From positions 32,001 through 96,000 of the forward strand of contig JASKLF010000005.1 of assembly GCA_030153785.1 (NCBI GenBank): a stretch of 64,000 bases of DNA, given 5' to 3'. The notes below the pieces were generated by a model, which was not told the origin of the DNA, searched no databases, and saw nothing but the letters and a program-made list of their open reading frames with translations. Source of the stretch: a bacterium. Its GTDB lineage: Bacteria; Synergistota; GBS-1. The position numbers were made by a program, and so were the translations under genes. Positions 56,698 through 64,000 of the stretch are shown one piece after another. Numbering within the stretch: position 1 is the first letter of the stretch; each line of letters begins with the position of its first letter.

Positions 56698-57512
56698 GAG
56701 CTTCTTACCAGAGGGGCGCAGAAGGCCAGTTTGAAGCCAAGGGAGTAGGCGATCTCTTCATATTCTTTAAATTCCTCGGGAGTTATGAAACGCTCGACAG
56801 GTAGATTTTCTTTAGTAGGCTGAAGATATTGACCAATGGTTATGATATCACAGTTCGCCTCTCTTAAATCTTCCATAACTTCTATAACTTCCTCCTTATT
56901 CTCGCCGAGACCTACCATTATCCCTGATTTAGTTATTATGCTTGGGTTTAAATCCTTAACCTTCCTCAAGAGGTTAAGGGATCTTTCGTAGTTGGCCATC
57001 GGCCTGACACGAGGGTATAGCCTTTTTATCGTTTCGAGGTTATGATTGATCACCGTGGGAAGCGCGTTGACCACCTTTGCGAGGGCTTCCTCGCTTCCCT
57101 TAAAGTCGGGTATCAGTACCTCTATTCCCTTTACGCTTTCTATCTTTTTTACCTCCCTTATCGTGCTTTCAAAGACGCTTGCTCCACCATCTTCAAGGTC
57201 GTCTCTCGTTACGGAGGTTATAACCACATATTTTAAGCGAAATTTTTTAACCGCCTCAGCCACTCTAAAGGGCTCTTCCTCATCGATGGGTAAGGGATTT
57301 CCCTTTGTTACCGCACAAAACCCGCAATTTCTCGTGCATATATCCCCCAGGATCATGAAGGTTGCCGTCCCTCTTGAGAAACACTCTCCCAAGTTTGGGC
57401 ATCTTGCTTCCTCACAAACCGTATGAAGTCCACATCCCCTTAGTATTTTCCTTGTGGATTCCGCTTTTCCTCCTTTAGGGAGGTTTGACCTTATCCAGGA
57501 TGGCTTTCTCAT
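56628..57512 (-). CDS. lipA: lipoyl synthase
   Basis: CEEARCPNLGEC, CTRNCGFC, ITSV.RDDL.DGGA, NHNLET, TKSGIMVGLGE, TIGQYLQP, VRSSY. Confidence 0.96.
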   Translation of the reverse strand: MRKPSWIRSNLPKGGKAESTRKILRGCGLHTVCEEARCPNLGECFSRGTATFMILGDICTRNCGFCAVTKGNPLPIDEEEPFRVAEAVKKFRLKYVVITSVTRDDLEDGGASVFESTIREVKKIESVKGIEVLIPDFKGSEEALAKVVNALPTVINHNLETIKRLYPRVRPMANYERSLNLLRKVKDLNPSIITKSGIMVGLGENKEEVIEVMEDLREANCDIITIGQYLQPTKENLPVERFITPEEFKEYEEIAYSLGFKLAFCAPLVRSSYKAEEVLNLLKEKGDTSNEALP

Positions 57513-57527
57513 ATCAACGATTATAGC

Positions 57528-57568
57528 AAAAAAATTGGGGCTGGGAATTTTTCCCAGCCCCGTTTTTT
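57528..57568 (-). terminator. intrinsic terminator after the TRAP operon
   Basis: GGGGCTGGGAA/TTCCCAGCCCC 11-bp stem flanked by A- and T-tracts. Confidence 0.75.
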
Positions 57569-57576
57569 CTTGTTTT

Positions 57577-58575
57577 TCACTTCGTTGCTAAGTCTATAAA
57601 TTGCTTTCCTATGTCTTCTCCCACCGTTTTCACCCATTTCTCCCACGTAGGTTTGCATATTTCTCTGAATTGCTTTACTACATCTTCTGGGGGTTCTATT
57701 ACCTCTATTCCTTTAGCTTTAATCTTGGGCCATACCTCTTGTTCGTGAACCATCTCGGCATATTTCAGGTGTAGATAATCGTACTTGTAGGCTGCGAGAG
57801 TGATGATGCGCTTGACGCTTTCGGGGAGCTTGTCCCACGTTTCTTTCTTCATATATATTCCTCTCCCATATGCGCTTAAGGGTATCTTTGTGCAATATTT
57901 AAGGACTTCATAAAGAGCCCTTCCTCCTATAGTTCCAGGATAAGCTACCAGTCCGTCGATGGTTCCCCTTTGTAAAGCTTCGTAAAGCTCACCTGAAGGC
58001 ATGAAGACGGGGGAAGCTCCTAATGCTTTAATGGCCTCAGCTTCCGCCTCTCCTCCCACCCTGATAATCATCCCTTTAAGATCTTCTGGGGTTCTGACGG
58101 GCTTCTTTGCGGTCCAGAGATATTGCGAAGGAATGGCTCCGAAAGCTAAGAATACGATACCGTGCTTTTCCATCATTACCTTTTGGATGAGATTAAATAG
58201 AGGCTGGCCTATCTTCAGCTTTTCGTTCATATCCCAATCGCTCTTGAATATGAATGGTAGAGAAGGACCACCCATTATAGGCCAACTTCCCGTGGTGTGA
58301 GATGTGGTATGAAAGATTATGTCCGCGGTTCCAGCTTCAAGTCCCGGCACAAGTTCTTTAACCTTAAGAAGTGTTCCAGAATGGTAGAAGTTCAGCTTTA
58401 TCTTGCCTTCTCCTGCCACGTTAACATCATCTATAAATGCTTCTTCGGGAGGAAGAAGGTCCTTGTATCCGGGGGTAACGTGAGAGGCAACGTTCATGGA
58501 TATAACTTTGGCTAAGGCGACGCTTGCAAATACTGATATCAGTAGAAATGCCATTAATATGTAACTTTTCTTCAC
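57577..58575 (-). CDS. dctP: TRAP transporter substrate-binding protein (DctP)
   Basis: Signal peptide, LPF, DLKGMIIR, ALGASPV..P.GELY.ALQRGTIDG. Confidence 0.88.
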   Translation of the reverse strand: MKKSYILMAFLLISVFASVALAKVISMNVASHVTPGYKDLLPPEEAFIDDVNVAGEGKIKLNFYHSGTLLKVKELVPGLEAGTADIIFHTTSHTTGSWPIMGGPSLPFIFKSDWDMNEKLKIGQPLFNLIQKVMMEKHGIVFLAFGAIPSQYLWTAKKPVRTPEDLKGMIIRVGGEAEAEAIKALGASPVFMPSGELYEALQRGTIDGLVAYPGTIGGRALYEVLKYCTKIPLSAYGRGIYMKKETWDKLPESVKRIITLAAYKYDYLHLKYAEMVHEQEVWPKIKAKGIEVIEPPEDVVKQFREICKPTWEKWVKTVGEDIGKQFIDLATK

Positions 58576-58591
58576 CCTCCTTCACCTCCTT

Positions 58592-59893
58592 TCATCTCAT
58601 TGTGCTTGGTAACCACAAGGCCAGAGATGGCCAGAATACAAACAAAAGAAGGCATAATATTTCTACTATTATGTATGGAGCCGTTCCCCTTATTATTTCA
58701 TTTATGCTCAGGTCTTCCGCGATGCTCTTTAAGGTGTAAAGGTTAAGTCCTACCGGAGGAGTTATCACCGCAATTTCTACGTTTAAGACCATAAGTATCC
58801 CAAACCATAGGGGGTCAAACCCTAAGGCCTTGACGGCGGGAAGCATAATAGGCGTGGTCACAATTATCAATGAAGCTCCATCTATTATACAGCCTAAGAG
58901 GATTAAGACCCCCATGAATATTAGAATCACTCCTATTCCCGGAAGTTCCACGCTCGTTGCCCATCTTGCTACTCTTTCGGGCACCCTGACCAAGTTCAAA
59001 AATTGACTGAAGGTAAAGGCGCAGGCTAAGATTATCAGCAAAGACGCGCTTATTCTTGCAGAGTTGGATAAAACGGTTAAGAGCTTTTTCCAGTTTAGCG
59101 TCCTGTAGATTAAGGTTATAAGCAAAGCTCCTGCAACTCCTATAGATGCTGCCTCCGTTGGCGTTGCTATCCCAGTGTATATGGAACCTAAAACGAATAT
59201 TATGAGTAAAAGGACCACCCATAGCCTCCTTAGCGAGGCAATTTTTTCGCTTAGACTTACGCTTTCAAATTCTCTGGGGGCAAGCTTGGGGTCTCTAATG
59301 ACCGTTAGAAGAACATATAAAGCCATTGCCGTGGCGAGGATTAAACCGGGGACTATTCCACCTATGAACAGCTTTGCTACCGATTCTCCCGATAGGGAAC
59401 CGTATAATATGAAGGATATGCTTGGGGGTATTAAGACCGCTAAGGCTCCCGGTGCGGCAACTGCTCCTGCGGCAAGCTTTTTATCGTATCCCCTTTTTAG
59501 CATTTCAGGTATGGCCATCGTTCCTATTGCAGCGACACCGGCTATGCTAACTCCGCACATGGCTCCAAAGAGTGCACAGGAGTATATCGTAGCTATGGCC
59601 AATCCTCCTGGAACCCTATTAAGCCACTTGCTAAAAGCGTTGTATATGTCCCTTCCTATTCCACTTACGAAGATAAGCTCGCCCATAAGTATATAAAGAG
59701 GTATTGCAACCAATATAAAGCTGAAAAGCTGGGATGTTATGGAAGCGGGTATTTGAAAGAGCCCCTTTGTTCCGCTTATAAGGTATATACCGAACGCGCC
59801 TGCAAGTCCTAAGGAAATGAAGATGGGAGTCCCCAGCGCCATGAATATCAGTAGCGTTCCTATGGCAAGGATTGTTACCGAGTCGAAACTCAT
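58592..59893 (-). CDS. dctM: TRAP large permease (DctM)
   Basis: AIPLYILMG, GGLA, LIPPS, ATPTEAA, ITPPVGLNL. Confidence 0.92.
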   Translation of the reverse strand: MSFDSVTILAIGTLLIFMALGTPIFISLGLAGAFGIYLISGTKGLFQIPASITSQLFSFILVAIPLYILMGELIFVSGIGRDIYNAFSKWLNRVPGGLAIATIYSCALFGAMCGVSIAGVAAIGTMAIPEMLKRGYDKKLAAGAVAAPGALAVLIPPSISFILYGSLSGESVAKLFIGGIVPGLILATAMALYVLLTVIRDPKLAPREFESVSLSEKIASLRRLWVVLLLIIFVLGSIYTGIATPTEAASIGVAGALLITLIYRTLNWKKLLTVLSNSARISASLLIILACAFTFSQFLNLVRVPERVARWATSVELPGIGVILIFMGVLILLGCIIDGASLIIVTTPIMLPAVKALGFDPLWFGILMVLNVEIAVITPPVGLNLYTLKSIAEDLSINEIIRGTAPYIIVEILCLLLFVFWPSLALWLPSTMR

Positions 59894-60378
59894 GGATTTT
59901 CCCTCCTCGCTTCCCTAAGCTCATCAAGGAGTTTTACTATAAGCTGGATGCCCAGTGCTAACGCACCTAAGGGAAGGAAAATGTAAACCAAGAACAAAGG
60001 GGTTCTTAAAAGCGATGGCATTTTCATTCCTTTAGAATATACGAGCCAGGTTGCTTTTCCACCTTCCCATGCTAAGATTGCTGTAAATATTAAGGCTATA
60101 GTTCTATTTATGATGTTAACTATTCTTCTTTTTCCTTCGGATAGCCAGTCGATGATAAGACTGAACTTTATGTGTTTATCGAGACGTTCAACCTCTGCTA
60201 TGGCGAGAAAGGTTAACATAATTAGCATAAGCTCCGTGACCTCCGTTGCCCAGTAGGGAGGCCTTCTAAAGAGGTAGCGCATTATAACCGAATAAAAAAC
60301 CACCACTTGTATACCTGTGATTACGCCGATGGATAGCCAAAAGAGGAGTTTTGATATCATTTCGAGCTTTCTTCTCAT
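59890..60378 (-). CDS. dctQ: TRAP small permease (DctQ)
   Basis: 4 TMs, RYLF..P..W..E, HIK, P...Y..LP.G. Confidence 0.85.
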   Translation of the reverse strand: MRRKLEMISKLLFWLSIGVITGIQVVVFYSVIMRYLFRRPPYWATEVTELMLIMLTFLAIAEVERLDKHIKFSLIIDWLSEGKRRIVNIINRTIALIFTAILAWEGGKATWLVYSKGMKMPSLLRTPLFLVYIFLPLGALALGIQLIVKLLDELREARRENP

Positions 60379-60427
60379 TCAGCTCACTCGCTTTCCTAAT
60401 GGGATTAAATGATAGACCCAATTACTA

Positions 60428-61102
60428 TTATATCATTTCATCTTCATTTAAAATTTCATAGGAGGGAAAAAGAAGCTTAAAAGACTCCAAATAGTGTTGC
60501 TTGACCTCACTTATCGGTGGGGCAAATCCCTTTAGGCTTTTTATCGAAACCATATTAATTCCTGTAAGACCGCAAGGGGTTATTAAAAGAAAGTGTCTTA
60601 AGATGGGGTCCACATTGAAGGCCGTTCCATGATAGCTTATCCACTTCTTGCCGCTTCTTTTGATTCCTATTCCAATGGATGCTATCTTTCTTCTTTCATC
60701 TATCCATACGCCGGGATAACCATCTCTATGAATGGCTTTTATATCATATTTTTTAAGAACCATGATTATCGCCTCTTCGAGCTTCCATACATATTCCTTT
60801 ACACTGCAATCTAAGGGGATTATAGGATATAATATGAGCTGGCCTGGGCCATGGTAGGTTACATCTCCGCCTCTGTCGGTAAAAACAACCTTTATTCCCT
60901 CTCTTTTTAAGACTTCCTCAGGTGCGAGGATGTGCTCTTTCTTCGCCCTTCTTCCAAGCGTGAAAACGGGCGTATGTTCTAAAAGGAGAAGGAAACCTAT
61001 ACCCTCTTTTTCCGATCTTTCTAAAAGCGTTTTCTGAAGCTTAAAGCATTCTTCGTAATCCTTTGGTTCCTTAAAATCTATCAGGTAAATCTTTGCTTTC
61101 AT
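60428..61102 (-). CDS. lipB: octanoyltransferase
   Basis: LLEH.PVFTLG, DRGGDVTYHGPGQL..YP, GVW, KIASIG, HG.AFN, ITPCG. Confidence 0.93.
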   Translation of the reverse strand: MKAKIYLIDFKEPKDYEECFKLQKTLLERSEKEGIGFLLLLEHTPVFTLGRRAKKEHILAPEEVLKREGIKVVFTDRGGDVTYHGPGQLILYPIIPLDCSVKEYVWKLEEAIIMVLKKYDIKAIHRDGYPGVWIDERRKIASIGIGIKRSGKKWISYHGTAFNVDPILRHFLLITPCGLTGINMVSIKSLKGFAPPISEVKQHYLESFKLLFPSYEILNEDEMI

Positions 61103-61659
61103 GGTCTAACCAGAAGGGGATTTAACGAATCTATCTTGGCTAAAGATACCACTTTGTAGTTTTTGAGCGTCTCTCTTCCCCTTTGAAAGGTTTTTTCTAT
61201 ACATATACCTATGCCTACAACCTTTCCCCTTGCTTCTTCAATCATTTCGCATAACGCTTTTATCGTCTCCCCCGTTGCCAGAAAGTCGTCAATGATTAAC
61301 ACCTTTTCTCCTTCCCTTATATAGTCTCCAGAAAGAGAGATGGTAATCTCGTTAAGCTTTGTTCTCGATGTTATCTTTCTTTCAAAAACTTTTCCGCATA
61401 AAGTAATGGGCTTTCTCTTCCTCGCAAAGATAAGGGGGATTCCTAACGATAAGGCAGTAAATAAAGCTGGGGAGATCCCTGAAGACTCAACCGTTAATAC
61501 TAAGGAAGGGTTTTCCTCCTTAAATATTTCGGCAAACCTTTCCCCGATTTTTTTAAGAAGGGCTGGGTCTACCCTGTGATTTAGAAAGCTGTCTACCTTA
61601 AGGATATTCTCTCCTATAACCCTGCCCTCTCTTTTGATTCTTTCGATGAGCTCTTCCAT
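61099..61659 (-). CDS. xpt: xanthine phosphoribosyltransferase
   Basis: LKVDSFLNH.VDP, TVESSGI, FARK, IIDDFLA.G, IEK.FQ.G. Confidence 0.92.
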   Translation of the reverse strand: MEELIERIKREGRVIGENILKVDSFLNHRVDPALLKKIGERFAEIFKEENPSLVLTVESSGISPALFTALSLGIPLIFARKRKPITLCGKVFERKITSRTKLNEITISLSGDYIREGEKVLIIDDFLATGETIKALCEMIEEARGKVVGIGICIEKTFQRGRETLKNYKVVSLAKIDSLNPLLVRP

Positions 61660-61727
61660 GATAAAAAATTATAACATGGCCATAGATATTGTTGAAGCCG
61701 GATATGGGCTGTAGTAAAATGATTTAA

Positions 61728-62048
61728 AAAGCTCTGTAAGTCTTGAGGGGGGGGCTTATAAGGTTGGCAATAGATGATTTTGGAAGCGGATTCTCCTCGT
61801 TCCTTTATATAAGGTATCTTGACGCTTACTTCGTTAAGATAGCGGGTAATCTTATTCGTGAGATAACGGTGAGCGCGAGGGCAAAGATGCTCGTTGAAAG
61901 CCTCACGAGTTTCTTCAAAGGTAGGTCTATAGAGGTTATAGCTGAGCATATCGAAAATGCTGAAATAGCCGATGTTCTTAGGAGAATGGGAGTTCAATAT
62001 GGTCAGGGATTTTACTTTGGGAAACCGTCTCCAAATCCGGGGACTTAG
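61728..62048 (+). pseudogene. C-terminal remnant of an EAL-domain phosphodiesterase
   Basis: LAIDDFGSGFSS, VKI, VIAEHIE, YGQGFYFGKP, but no N-terminal half; in-frame stop upstream (KAL*VLR, TAA 61737). Confidence 0.7.
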
Positions 62049-62053
62049 GGTAG

Positions 62054-63340
62054 GTGGTTGACGTGGATTTGAGAAAGGACCTTTTTGAGGTGGTAAATTT
62101 TGCCATCAAAAGGGTTTTGCCTGAGGAGTCTGTTAAAAATGTGATAGAAAGGGAATGTATAGATGAGCTTGATAACTTGTATCTCGTGGCTATAGGTAAG
62201 GCTGCTTGGAGAATGGCAAAGGCTGCTAAGGAGAAGCTCGGGAGTAAGATTAAAGGGGGAGTGGTTATTACGAAATACAAGCATTCCCTCGGGGAGATAG
62301 AGGGTCTGGAGATTTTCGAAGCGGGACATCCCCTGCCAGATGAGAACACCTTGAAGGCGACCGGGAAAGCGGTAGAGCTTGTAAGCTCTTTGGGGAAGGA
62401 AGATAAAATTCTCTTTTTGGTCTCCGGTGGAGGCTCCGCCTTGTTTGAGCTCCCTATGGAAGGAATTTCTCTGGAGGATTTAAAGACGGTTAACGAGCTT
62501 CTTTTGAAATCGGGTGCGGATATTGTAGAGATGAACACCGTTAGAAAACATATATCGAAGGTTAAGGGAGGGAGATTTGCTCAACTTGCGTTTCCCGCTT
62601 ATGTGTATTCTTTGATTTTATCGGATGTTTTGGGTGACCGTCTTGACTCAATAGCCTCTGGGCCTGCTTACCCTGATGAGACGACCTATGAAGATGCCTT
62701 AAGGGTTATAGAGAAGTATGCTCTTTATGAAAAGATGCCCCCCTCTGTTATAGAAGTTCTTGAAAGGGGAAGAAGGGGAGAGATTCCCGAAACACCCAAG
62801 GAGCTCCTTAATGTTAAGAGCGTAATAATAGGGAGCGTTAGTCTTGCGTGCAGATACGCCGTGGAGAGAGCCAAAGAGCTTGGATACAATACCCTGTTTT
62901 TGACCTCCACGCTTAGTTGTGAGGCCTCTGAGGCAGGAAGGTTTATTGCTGAGATTTTAAAGGAGGTTAAAAGGTCGTCAAACCCTATAGCTCCACCCTG
63001 TATGATAGTTTTGGGTGGGGAAACGGTGGTTCATGTGAAGGGAAATGGTAAGGGGGGAAGAGCTCAAGAGCTTGCCTTGTCGGTAGCGATAGCCATTAGA
63101 GGGGAAAATCGCATTGCTCTGATTTCTGCAGGCACCGATGGGACCGATGGCCCCACCGATGCCGCAGGTGGCCTTGTAGATGGGGAAAGCTTTAACAGAA
63201 TGGTATCTCAAGGCGTTAATCCGGAAGAAGCTCTTTCCAACAATGATTCTTATAACGCCTTAAAGGCGAGTGGAGATTTGGTTATAACCGGTCCCACGGG
63301 GACAAACGTCAATGACATAATAGTGGGTGCTGTCATTTGA
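62054..63340 (+). CDS. glycerate 2-kinase (GckA/TtuD, MOFRL family)
   Basis: GKAA..MA, GHPLPD, SGGGSAL, RKHIS.VKGG, SDV.GD...IASGP, GGET, GTDGTDG, TGPTGTNVND. Confidence 0.92.
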   Translation: MVDVDLRKDLFEVVNFAIKRVLPEESVKNVIERECIDELDNLYLVAIGKAAWRMAKAAKEKLGSKIKGGVVITKYKHSLGEIEGLEIFEAGHPLPDENTLKATGKAVELVSSLGKEDKILFLVSGGGSALFELPMEGISLEDLKTVNELLLKSGADIVEMNTVRKHISKVKGGRFAQLAFPAYVYSLILSDVLGDRLDSIASGPAYPDETTYEDALRVIEKYALYEKMPPSVIEVLERGRRGEIPETPKELLNVKSVIIGSVSLACRYAVERAKELGYNTLFLTSTLSCEASEAGRFIAEILKEVKRSSNPIAPPCMIVLGGETVVHVKGNGKGGRAQELALSVAIAIRGENRIALISAGTDGTDGPTDAAGGLVDGESFNRMVSQGVNPEEALSNNDSYNALKASGDLVITGPTGTNVNDIIVGAVI

Positions 63341-64000
63341 GAATAGGCTCTCCGTTGTAGGTTATCGATTTTATCAGCTTTTCGGCTTTTTCAACGGCTA
63401 TTTGAGGCAAAGGCGAATATGAAAGCTCGGAAGCGTATTTTTGCCCATCATGGATTATCCACCACAGGAGTTTTACAAGCTCCTCTGCCTTCTGGAGGGG
63501 TCTTCCTCCATAGTTTTGCTCCTTATAAACTATTATCCATGTAAAACTGCTTAAGGGGTATCCCTCGGGAGAGCTGGTCTCGGTTAAGTCTACTATCGTG
63601 CTTTCAGGTATTTCCATATTCGCAGCGGCTGTAACGGTTTCAACGGAAGGCTTAACGAAGTTTCCACTTTTGTTCTCTATCAAGGCAAAAGGTATTTCGC
63701 TTTGAGTTGCATATACGAACTCTATGTATCCTATGCTTCCGGGGATTTGCTTTATAAGTCCCGCTACGCCGGGATTGCCTTTTCCTCCTATTCCGGTTGG
63801 CCACTTAAGGGATTTTCCCACACCAACCTTTTCTTTCCACTCTTCGCTTACCTTGCTTAAGTATTGGCTGAATATGTATGTGCTTCCGCTACCGTCAGAC
63901 CTGTAAACGACGGTAATATTCATCTTGGGTAGTTTGATATCCGGATTTAGTTTTGCTATTTCGGGGTCGTTCCACTTTTTAATTTTTCCTAAATATATGT
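63333..64000 (-). CDS. pstS: phosphate ABC transporter substrate-binding protein (3' part; start beyond window)
   Basis: IYLGKIKKWNDPEIAKLNP (read manually upstream of tracked start), VYRSDGSGST, GKGNPGVA, GSIGYIE, YPLSSFTW. Confidence 0.92.
   Translation of the reverse strand, partial: IYLGKIKKWNDPEIAKLNPDIKLPKMNITVVYRSDGSGSTYIFSQYLSKVSEEWKEKVGVGKSLKWPTGIGGKGNPGVAGLIKQIPGSIGYIEFVYATQSEIPFALIENKSGNFVKPSVETVTAAANMEIPESTIVDLTETSSPEGYPLSSFTWIIVYKEQNYGGRPLQKAEELVKLLWWIIHDGQKYASELSYSPLPQIAVEKAEKLIKSITYNGEPILK

Noticed and set aside
61614..62538. Minus-strand ORFs 61614..61997 and 61978..62538
   Set aside because: Antisense to the EAL remnant and glycerate kinase; no motifs.
1..64000. CRISPR arrays, tRNA/rRNA genes, IS elements, defence systems
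   Set aside because: No regularly spaced repeats, cloverleafs, rRNA-like tracts, transposases or cas genes seen by eye; very small elements could have been missed.

Overview
A gene-dense, roughly 45% GC (estimated by eye) bacterial chromosome segment, probably from a thermophilic anaerobe that ferments peptides and amino acids (inferred from gene content and charged-residue bias; taxon not determined). No rRNA, tRNA, CRISPR array or intact mobile element was seen. It holds about 60 CDSs: chemotaxis and c-di-GMP signalling genes (two MCPs, two GAF/HD-GYP proteins, an EAL remnant), an OPT/AroM/DUF1177/DUF917/racemase/M29 peptidase operon, a frameshifted AbgT transporter, T-box-controlled carAB-ndk, hcp with a Crp/Fnr regulator, a TRAP-pxpBC-(HD-GYP)-pxpA oxoproline locus, a DUF1659/DUF2922/M15 peptidase/YvrJ cassette, lipoate genes around a second TRAP system, glycerate kinase and partial pstS. 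The best candidate for an undescribed system is the GntR-led operon at 47138-56697. It encodes a rearranged relative of the B12-dependent aminomutases: a B12 domain fused N-terminally to a KamD/OraE-like barrel, a separate dimerisation-domain-like protein, and no PLP-lysine loop. With it are a KamB-like protein, an orphan PLP enzyme, a TAXI-TRAP importer and a D-amino-acid-oxidase-family flavoenzyme. Other notable items are an Arg (CGG) T-box, a candidate new attenuator upstream of a citryl-CoA lyase-like gene, a radical SAM gene that seems to need an AUU start, and several apparently leaderless genes. All family calls are by motif recognition; no database searches were run.
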